From positions 58,032,001 through 58,096,000 of the forward strand of contig NC_043012.1 in NCBI RefSeq assembly GCF_006345805.1: a stretch of 64,000 bases of DNA, given 5' to 3'. Of this stretch, positions 53,882 to 64,000 are shown piece by piece; position 1 is the stretch's first letter, and each line of letters starts with the position of its first letter. Made by a program: the position numbers and the translations under genes. The notes under the pieces were generated by a model that was given only the letters and a program-made list of their open reading frames with translations, did not search any database and was not told the DNA's origin. The stretch comes from Octopus sinensis. Taxonomy: Eukaryota.

Positions 53882-56800
53882 TCACACGGTTCCTTGCACG
53901 CACAACACTCGTGCAACATACTTCCATCTCTTTTGGAACGTACACTCTGACAGACCCCTCTTCTCCAGCCACAGTTTCCTTTTCAAATGAAAAGAAAAAA
54001 AGGATCGTAAATTGTCACCAGAGATAAAGTTGCCTGTCTTAATTCCTTTTATCCTAGTCTTCCATACTGCCTCTTTTGCTATTGCTACAACCGTGAGAAA
54101 ACAATTCTTACCTTCGTTCGTTAGAACTCCGGTGGGTCAATTTTTATAATTGACTCAGTCGACAGCCGTACTCTTCCTTCGCCGGACCAGATGTTCAGCA
54201 TAAGCCCACATTTCAGTTATCTCCGGACACTGAACAATAGCGTGAGGGACGGTTTCCCTGTCCCCCCCGCATCTTGGACAGGTCGGCGACTGACGTTTAC
54301 CATGTCTTGCGAGCTTATCCCAAACGGGCAAGGCACCTCTGTAGCATTGCCAGGTTAAGAACTTTTGGAAGTTGTCCAACGTTCTCAACCCGAATGTACG
54401 ATGAAACAAGCTGTCCAGTTGAATAAATCCGAGACCTAGAGTCGACCCCAGGCCATCGTCGCATTCAGACTCTACCAACCCACTATATAAAATCCGTGTG
54501 GAACCCCCACCGCTGGCGTTGCCCGAGCGCCGGAACAGCAAGAGGACCTTACGGCACTCTTTATGCCACTCACTCGACCTCGGTCTACGAGAACACCAGG
54601 CTTCCTGTTCGCAAAAACTCTTGAACTCAGGGAACATTTGTCTGGCCAGCGGAGACCACACCCGTTCACTATCCAGGAGAATCCAGAGGTGCCTCAACCT
54701 CAACGCATGTCTGCGCATCATTAACCAAGGCATCCCTAAACCTCCATTTAAAGGCTTTTGACAGCAGACAGAGCGTTTCACAAGTGGCGACCTGCCCTTC
54801 CACAAAAAGCGAAAGAGCTGTCTCTCCAACCTGATCAACCACGAATCCGGACAGGGCACGACAGTCAGGCGGTAGGTATGACCGATGCAATAAACACATT
54901 GGCCACTTCCGCCCTCCCTTTCAGGGATAGCCACCGCCAAGACCAGGTCTTGACTACTGCAGCCACCCTGCTCAATACCCGTCCAGTTCTTCTCTATCTG
55001 GAGGCCTGGTCCAAACCAGACTCCCAGCAACTTCCGGTCTCCTCCGTCCAGCGCCTAACAACACTGTCTGAAGGCATCGACTTGCCAACCCAGGTGCCGA
55101 GCTGCAACCGACCGACTTTTCCCGGTTAATCTTTGCTCCTGCTACCTCCTCGTAAGCCTCAATAGTCTTACCTACTTCACGTAGGCGTGCCACTGTGGTT
55201 ACACTGATAGTGATATCATCCGCGAAAGCCGTAACAAACTCCTCTAGTCCTGGTTCTCTCGGGATGCCACTCAACCTTTGCAGTAATGGCTCGAGAGCCA
55301 TCACATACAAAAGTGGTGAAAGCGGACATCCTTGACGAACCGAGCGTCTGATGCAGAACGGCTTCGAAAGGAAACCGTTCACCCGAACTATCGAGTCAAT
55401 GTTGTGGTACAAAGCGATAAACCACCTGAGGAAGCCAAGGCCCAGGCCAAACCGCGCAAGTACAGTCGCTAGGTATCGATGGTCAACCCTATCAAAAGCT
55501 TTAGACTGGTCCAAATGCACCAATGCCCCACCTTTGCCAGATTTATTACCAAACCTCTCTATGGTATAGCGAATAAGATGGAGGGTATCCTGAATGGTTC
55601 TGCCTGGGATGGCACATGTCTGTGCCTCCCCGACTATACCATTCGCGACACGCGCCAACCTTTTTGCTAGAACCTTGGCCAAAATCTTCACTTCTGCGTT
55701 TAACAGAGTGATGGGCCTGAAATTCTCTAGAACGTCCCCCTTGTCCGGGTCCTTTCTGACCAACGTCACTACTCCCCGGCGCACAGATCTGGGGATAAAC
55801 CCATTCTGTTTCCAGTTCGCGTACACGTCAGTCAGTAGTTGCCCGAACAAGTCTGGCATACATTTATACAGCTCGTACGGAAGACCATCAAGTCCCGGTG
55901 ACTTACCCGCTTTACAATCGGCCAAAGCCTCCATCACCTCCTCAAGTGTGATTGGCCCTTCGCAAGACTCCGCATCCGACCCCGAGAGACACGGCAGCCC
56001 GGTAAGAAAGTCCTCGAAGGCTCTCCCACCACCAGGACCGCCGTCACCCCCGAACAGCTGGGCGAAGTACTCCCGAAAGACCTCACACATTTTCTCGGGT
56101 TCGTTTATCAAGACACCATTTTGATTCGTCAAAGACCGAATAGAGGAACTATTTCCTTGCCGAGCTTCCACCACTCGGGCCCATCCAGCGGCTTTGATTC
56201 CTTCACTTCCCATTGCACGTAACTTAGCTCTGGTAATACTTCCCATGTGGTGGGCTTCAAGATGCTGGTTTAACTCCAGTCTTTTCACCCTCGCTTGGTC
56301 TGTATTACCAGTCCTCCAGGCTTCTTCTAGTTCCTTAACTAGACCATCTCCTATTTTACGTCCCTTCTTAGCTAAACTTATGCTAAACCTAATAGACTCA
56401 TATTTGATGGCTCTTTTTAGGGCGTACCACCATTTGTTATTAATGATGGTACCTGTTAATGCCCTCTGTATTAACATCTTGATCCGCTTTCTGTACTCCT
56501 CAATCGCCAAAAGGGACGTATTGAGTTTCCAGTAGCCAGATCCCTGTCTATGCAACTTATCTACCTACCGTCAGTTTACAGGTAACCATCTTGTGGTCAC
56601 TGTAGCTGACTAGAAAAAACTGTGGACACTCAACTATGGACTTATCTTTTCTCTAATTAAAATCCTATCTAGATATGTTCTGGTAGACCCGTTACTATTT
56701 GACCACGTCCACTGTGGAGTGTTCGGGTGCTCCAACCTATATGGATCTGCTAGCTGAAATTGACTTAGCAGATCCCGAAAGCCTGGGTTACATTTTCTGT

Positions 56801-57278
56801 TCATGTTCGAGTTTGAGCCAACACAATCTGTGTGTGCTGCACATATTGTATTAGAGTCTCCTAAGACTACTAGTGAATGCGACGTGGCTAGGAACTTTCC
56901 TAGGCCACGAAAATATTCAGTTTGCGGGCCAATAATGTTTGGTGCATAAATAGCGACCAGCCTGATTGTCTTGCCACAACTGAATGTCAAGTCGAGAACG
57001 ACCAGCCTGCCTTCTGGGTCAGAAAAAACCAACTTTTTCTCGGCTACCCGGTTTTTTTTTTAGTAGGACCAACACCCCACCCCCACCTCCCGCCGACTCG
57101 GAGAAACGTATTTCTCGTAGCCGTTCAGGAGGGGGAGCAGATCTCTTGGCCCCTTCACCCGGGTTTCCGTTGCAACAATTACATCCAAATTTCTCGACCT
57201 GATGTCATTCAGAAAGCGTCCTTGCTTCCAGCTTGACAACAGGCCATGAACATTTAAACAACCAATGTGAATAGCCAT
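53882..57278 (-). pseudogene. LINE ORF2: APE endonuclease, reverse transcriptase and C-terminal CCHC finger, frameshifted
   Basis: APE: CLNVHGL, ATETR, IYAPN, VLGDSN, WTW..YLDRILI, SDHK. RT: KSPGLDG, FRPITLLN, LDQSKAFDRVDH, VRQGCPLSPLL, FADD. Zinc finger: CPRCGGDRETVPHAIVQC. C-terminal AKEAVWKTR..HLKRKL. Frameshifts near 57050, 56640, 56560, 55100, 54150 and 53990. Confidence 0.95.
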
Positions 57279-57408
57279 CACTTACCTGTTTAATTAGCAT
57301 TGTCCGGTGGAGGGGGACCCTCCACCTTTTTTTTTATCCAGGGTCGGAGGTGGACGGTCTTGGGAAATAGATTTGTCAAAATCCCGTCTCACCACCGACA
57401 CAGAATTA

Positions 57409-58816
57409 TCAGGTGGAGGGGGAATCTCCACCTTTTCCTTTTCTCGCTGGTAATCCATGAAATATCGACTTGTTAAAATCTAATCTCAATGAAGATACAG
57501 TCTTTCTGTACTTATTTTGTAGAATTCTATAAGTCTTATTTGAGACTTCATATATGTCGTAATTGATAAATTCCTCTGAAAGGTTATCATTTTTTTTTAC
57601 AGTCTTTATGAGTTGAATGTCTCTCATGAGCTCAGTATCTTTAGTGTATACGGCTATTATGCCTTTTTCTTTTTCTTCTTTTCTCTTCTGGCAGTCTTTT
57701 TTGGTCGTTGTTCTGTAGTAGTCGCGCGCTCTCGGCTGGTTGCTGGTTGTATTTTTCTTTTGTTTGTTGTTTTTTTCTCATCTGTTTCTTCTTTATCTTC
57801 TTCCTCTTTGTCTTTTTCTCCTCTTCCTCCTCTTCTTCATTTTCCTTGCAGTTCCTTCGAATGTGGCCTAATTGACCACATAAAAAACATCGAGGTTTTC
57901 GGCCCTCAACAAACACCACGAGGTTCTCCTCCCCTACCTCAATTGTCTCAGGAATTGTTTGAATTATTTTAGGGTCCGCTTGAATGAGAAGATTAATTGT
58001 TTGACCATCCCAGCGTGGGTTTTTCGTAGCGGTAGCCTGGAGGAGAGTAATTTTTTCTACCTCTTTGATTAGGACTGCCGCCAACAACCACATAGGTTCG
58101 ACCTCTGGCGGGACCCTTGTAATTTTTATTCGCGACGTCCTCATCCCCATATAATAGGATATTAACTCCACGTCGTTCGTTTTCAACGTTTCAACTGAGT
58201 TCTTGTGTGCTATTTCTTTATTGGTGAACCTTACTTCCACCGTTCCGAATTTTTTTCCTCTTCTCAGAAATACTATACGTCGCCCAATATTGGCTTTAAG
58301 CACTTTTCTATTTTCTCTTCTGACATTCTTTCAATTTTTCTATTTTGTAGACAATATGTTTTGAAAATTATTGTTTTTTTGCTTTTCTTCCTGTAATAAC
58401 TTTTGCGGAGGTTCAATTTTCACACTGTTGTCATTTATTTCCATCATTTTGCTGTATTTCATAATTTCGCTTTTATTCGTCGACAGTATCTGGGTTCCAC
58501 CCCCAGCAGCCAACGCAAAACTTTTTTTTCCATTTTTTGGTTCTATCTGGATGCTAGGCACATCAATTATTCTCTTCGACACAATGCCTTTGTTCTCTGG
58601 CAAAGTCGGAAACTCTTCTGGTGAAAGTTCTGACGAGCTCTCAGACACATCTCCAAAAATATCAAATATATTATCCTCTCTGCTATTCCTTCTTGTAGCG
58701 GGGGAAACCCCTATTTCCTTGTCTGTAGTTGGCTCCTCGCCGGACATGTATTTCCTCCTCTCAACAGGAGAAACAAGTATTTCTGCTCCAACGGTAGGCT
58801 CCATGCTAGACGACAT
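57409..58816 (-). pseudogene. LINE ORF1 (gag-like) with a single CCHC zinc knuckle, disrupted
   Basis: MSSSMEP.. start at 58816; CFLCGQLGHIRRNC (C-X2-C-X4-H-X4-C). Breaks at ~58304-58342 and ~57630-57760 in A-rich tracts. Confidence 0.85.
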
Positions 58817-58980
58817 TCTTCCCCCCAAAGGGGGAATGAACAACGCGTGCTACCACAAGCACTAAGTGTTTTCAATTGAAAACTCCAACAGTTAAGTTAT
58901 TCAACAGTTTAACAAGAAACAACAGTTGTTAACAATATTAACACCACGAAACAGCAATTCTTATTTCAAGAACACATGTG

Positions 58981-59043
58981 CGACAGACGAAATACGGCTA
59001 CGCATTTCGCCCGGCGTGCTAACGTTTCTGCCAGCTCGCCGCC
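58981..59043 (-). mobile_element. 5' head of the SINE-B host interrupted by the LINE
   Basis: rc GGCGGCGAGCTGGCAGAAACGTTAGCACGCCGGGCGAAATGCGTAGCCGTATTTCGTCTGTCG. Confidence 0.9.
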
Positions 59044-59526
59044 ATCTTTCTCTTTCCTTGTTATTAACATAATGACAAGATCGATGCAGAAATGAAAAGC
59101 TTTGTAGTATCTATGCAAACATGTAACGCTCTGAGTTCAAATCCGGCAAAACTAAGCATTGCCTTTCTTTTCCGCGAGGGTTCGATAAAATAAGTCAAAT
59201 ACTGGGATCACTATATACGACAAACCCCAGCATCTCAAAATTATAAGGAACGACTAATTCCGTGAATATTGACAAGCAGAACCGGTAGAACGCCAATAAT
59301 AATGCTTAGTGAGATTTAGTTATGCCCTTTAAAATTTTAAATTCAAATTCTGTCCAGTTCGACTTTGCCTCTTCGGTTCTTAGACAAACACTGGATCAAG
59401 CTATTCGATAATTAAATTTCCAAGAATTTGTATGTCTACGCCATATTAGAGATAACCATTGAAAGTTCGTTCTACCAATGAGTTTTATTCTAACTAATGC
59501 TGCTGATGCAGATTTTTGCGGATTCT

Positions 59527-59912
59527 TGGCTGTGTGGTAAGTAGCTTGCTTACCAACCACATGGTCCCGGGCTCAGTCCCACTGCGTGGCACCTTGGGCA
59601 AGTGTCTTCTACTATGGCCTCGGGTCGACCAAAGTCTTGTGAGTGGATTTGGTAGACGGAAACTGAAAGAAGCCCGTTGTGTATATGTATATATATATAT
59701 GTGTGTGTGTTTGTGTGTGTATGTGTGTGTCCCAAACATCGCTTGACAAACGATGCTGGTGTGTTTACGTCCCCGTAACTTAGCGGTTCGGCACGAGAGT
59801 CCGATAGAATAAGTAGTAGGCTTGCAAAGAATAAGTCCTGGGGTCGATTTGCTCGACTAAACGCGGTGATCCAGCATGGCCACAGTCAGATGACTGAAAC
59901 AAGTAAAAGAGT
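59527..59912 (+). mobile_element. Full-length SINE family A
   Basis: Near-consensus head, linker and 3' module. Confidence 0.9.
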
Positions 59913-60573
59913 GAACTTGGTAAAGTGTAACATTACATGTACAGCAATACTTATTGCCACCATTTTACGTTATCCGTTCAAACGAAGCCATTCGTATTAG
60001 TTGTTGTTCTTACTTTCGTTTAAAAGATAGCACTAGAAGACATTTAGAGGAATTTTCACACGCCATGGAAAATAGTGGTGGGTAGAGGACCAGGATCATG
60101 AAAATCGGAGCAAGGTGTGGTGGTCCGGAACAAAGTTTCGTGAATTATGATGCCTTTTCTGTTTCTTTAAGACGGGTGTGTCTCTTATTTAGTTTCCTTC
60201 CTTCCTTCCTTTATTCATTAATTTATTCATTCATGTTTTTTTTCTTTCTGTCTTCTTTCATTACCCAAATCTCTTTCCAAACACAGTTTTCGTTGGCAGC
60301 AACTTTCCACTGCTGTTATTCGAGTATCGCGTAACAGTTCATAATACACGAGTCCTTGGTTTACCTGGTCCGTCTTGGGTGCAAGTTTCTTATCTGCTGC
60401 GTGTAAAGTCTATAATCTCACCGTAACTAATCTATAGAGGATAGAATTTATGCTTATCATGACGGATTAATTTTTCATTCCAAGTAAAAATGCTGTTCAA
60501 AAATGGCGCATGGAGCTGACATAAATGAAATGCCTCACAGGTAACAACAGGTTGTTAGCAGTTTTAGATGATA

Positions 60574-60625
<52 letters not shown>

Positions 60626-60631
<6 letters not shown>

Positions 60632-60791
60632 ACTTGTTTCAGTCATTTGATTGTGGCCATGCTGGAGCACCGCCTTTAGTCGAGGAAATCGACCCCAGGA
60701 CTTATTCTATCGGTCTTTTTTGCCGAATCGCTAAGTTACGGGAATTTGAACACACCAGCATCGGTTGTCAAGCGATGTTGGAGGGGACAAA

Positions 60792-60874
<83 letters not shown>

Positions 60875-60887
60875 GTATATATATATG

Positions 60888-60933
<46 letters not shown>

Positions 60934-61114
60934 ATATATATAAATATATATACGATGTGCTTCTTTCAGTTTTCGTCTACCAAATCCACTCACAAGGCTT
61001 TGGTCGGCCCGAGGCTATAGTAGAAGACACTTTCCCAAGGTGCTACGCAGTGGGACTGAATCCGGAATCATGTGGTTAGTAAGCTAGCTACTTACCACAC
61101 ACGCACTCCTGCGC
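60626..61114 (-). mobile_element. Full-length SINE family A with an expanded (TA)n linker
   Basis: Homology to the other family-A copies. Confidence 0.9.
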
Positions 61115-62151
61115 TGATATGGAGAACATCCCTACAACCTATGACACGTTTCCGAGCCTTTTCAATTCACAATGGACTGTCATACGCGTTATCCAGAACA
61201 GCCAGCACAGAGTCCAAAATCTAAAGATTTACTGTAACAGCTGCTGCGTAGGTTTCTAAATCTAGGCCATTTCGTGGATGTTGACTTGGCACATCGATTA
61301 CACTGAAGTTAGCGAAAAGCCACAGCCTACATTTACTACAGCTACACTAAAAGAACTGTGGTTGAATATTACTGTTGCACTTGTATTGAACCCGACATGA
61401 AACTCATACAGCATGACATGACGAATGCATTCTTTAGTCGGATCAAAGATAGGGGTCACTTTCAAAGCGGGTTTTCTCCAATAATATTCTTATATGCTGA
61501 AAATAAAAGAGGTGATTTATTGATGTGAAGAGGACAAAACATCAAAAACAGATAGCACTTAATTAAATCTTGTTCAGCATTTTCGACTCGAAAATCGAAA
61601 TCAAAAACTTCGATACAACCCCATATATACATATACATATACATACATATATACAAATATATATATATGTACTTACCTATATAAACATACATACACAAAT
61701 GTACACATACGCGCATACACACACACACATATATGCATGTATATAGCGTATATTCATTTTCATGTATTTATGCATAAGTATGTATATGCATATATGTGTG
61801 CGTATGTGTGTATATAATGGGGAACAGATTGGATAGTAAATTTGCCGAGCATATTTAGTGAGAGAAGATGCATTTTCTCTGTTTTAGTAAGATGGCACCA
61901 TTGCCAGATGAATAATAATATGGAAATAAATCGAAGTTTACTTGAGCGCGCGTGTGATGTGTGTATGTGTGTGTGGGGGGGAGGGGGCGTGCATGTTTAT
62001 ATTCATGTATGTATGTAAGTAGGTATATGCATTTATACAAACATATATATGTATATCCATATATATGTATATATATACATATATATATATAAATATATAT
62101 ACATATATATATATTCACATATGTATGCATGCATACATACAAACATACATG

Positions 62152-62217
<66 letters not shown>

Positions 62218-64000
62218 CGTCAATTACACTCTCCATACAAATTTTGATCAATTCGAGAATCAACCTATTTGTAAATACACGCTTTCACAAGCCACTGTCT
62301 ATACATATACCTACGTAGGTACAGACATATACACAAACAAAACACTCACACACACACGCGCATACACACACACACACACACATATATATGTGTGTCTATA
62401 TATATACATTTATATATATGCACATATGTAGATATATATATATATAAATCCACATGTGTATATATATGTGTGTGTGTGTGTGTTTGCAAACGAATATACA
62501 TATTCGTATACAGACATACACACATATACATACGTGCATATATATATATATAAATATATATTCATACCCACACACCCACACCCGCACACACACACATACA
62601 CACACGCACACACACATATATATAGGGGCAACCACATGCACGCGTTCGTGTGTGTTGCATACGTGTATATACTCGTCTTAGTGATAAGTCTCACAAATAT
62701 TTTTATAGATGTCCCTATTGAAGACCCCTTTTACAAAGCCGTTTAGAATGTATTTCATTTTGAAGAGATATTTGTGTAAATGGACTTTATATTCATGTAT
62801 TCCACAAATACAGCTATAACTACGATATTATATTCGTTTCATCGTGGTACACCATAAAATACCATAATTCGCCATGATGCTTGCGTAGATTTGTGGGGAA
62901 TAGTTTCATATTCAAAGAGAAAATTGTTTCGCTTCTAACGCTATAAACTCTAATATGTTATTGAATATATTACCAACCGTCATATTGGTCAGCATCCACC
63001 ATTTTTTTTTCGATCTTCAATGCAAGTTGCTTATTATTATTATCATTTTTGTTTTTTGCCTTTTTTAAACATTCCCTGCGACAAAGCTGACTATTTATTG
63101 TTTTAATCTACACAGGGAAATGTTCTGTATATCCTTTTTATATGTGACGTTCTAAATATTGTATCTTTTGGACATCGGATAGTTCTATATTGCTATTACA
63201 TGTGATTTAACTTCCTGATTTCATTTCTGTTTTGTTAGCCCTGTCACGTCATCGAATCATGGACGCTGTGTTTGTTTTTTTTTGTTTTTTTGTTGCAACC
63301 TTCCTATGATCAAAGATATTCCGATCGCCAACATTGCATTTTTTCCAGATTACAATTTCTAGCCTATCTTTTAATTTTATATACGTTAATGTGCGATTTC
63401 AGACTGATTTCGTTGCTCATTCTAGGAGACCGATAAACCACATAGAGCTTGTATCACTGGCTGTGATATTAGATCTGTGATATCTGTTAAAAAGCCCGGA
63501 ACAATTCTCTCAACTGCCTTCAGGTAGCATTCTTCCATGACTATTTAAACCAATTCAGATGGTTGTCTATTTTTAGGTCGGCACCTATCTGGATCAAATA
63601 TTATAATTTTGAGAAATTCATCACGCAATCAGATGTGTTTCGAATGCGCAATTTTGTTATTTTCATTATTTCCAATGCGTATGTGGTAAAGAAATTTGGA
63701 AATCGAAACTCCATTCTGTATACTCCAGGATGGATATCAAAAATATCGTAATATTACATCTATTCATCTTAACGTTTTCAAACGAGTTTCTCTGTTTTCA
63801 TTTTACCTAAATGATTATAATAACTAATAGCTGGCAAGCAGGTTGTACGATAAAATAGTCGTACCATTTCAGCGAGTTGAATTGCGAGACTTGTAGTATG
63901 AGCAAAAGGGACATATGGACATTTGCTTTGTGATTTATAGATTGGTAGACTTAACCCTCGCACAGTTCATATTAACATGATTTTCTTGGGGATATTTAGT

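Larger units (their letters stand above)
53635..58980 (-). mobile_element. Near-full-length Tx1/L1-clade non-LTR retrotransposon (~5.35 kb), inactive
   Basis: 5' UTR, ORF1, ORF2 and a 3' UTR ending AATAAAGAAATT. Flanked by an imperfect 16-bp TSD (58981-58996 and 53619-53634, 13/16). Confidence 0.92.

Noticed and set aside
60485-60545. Ankyrin-like words VKMLFKNGA and HGADINE
   Set aside because: They are in different frames with stops and have no further ankyrin context.

Overview
Eukaryotic, AT-rich, repeat-dominated window with no recognisable host protein-coding exon. It is intronic or intergenic DNA, most likely from Octopus (an inference from the tRNA-derived SINE families and the very high density of (TA)n, (GATA)n and (AAT)n microsatellites). 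Most ORFs in the track are microsatellite read-throughs. The real coding content is all transposon-derived: (i) a near-full-length, frameshifted Tx1/L1-clade LINE on the minus strand (53635-58980; ORF1 with a CCHC knuckle, ORF2 with APE, RT and a C-terminal zinc finger); (ii) a decayed Tc1 element with DD36E spacing (46767-47951); (iii) an internally deleted DD37D-like mariner (5700-6557); (iv) fragments of Penelope-like (GIY-YIG), CR1, RTE, RLE-type and a second Tx1 element. There are also dozens of SINE copies from three families (labelled A, B and C here), a hAT MITE and a TTAGGG-bearing MITE. Two patterns stand out. First, a candidate LINE/SINE partnership: the Tx1 LINE ends in the same ~33-nt tail as SINE-B, sits inside a SINE-B with a ~16-bp TSD, and four SINE-B copies with this tail end at GGTA, one with a perfect 16-bp TSD. 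Second, Penelope-type minimal hammerhead ribozymes lie in (TA)n tracts, including a 228-bp palindrome carrying one hammerhead on each strand. SINE and fragment boundaries are approximate, read by eye.
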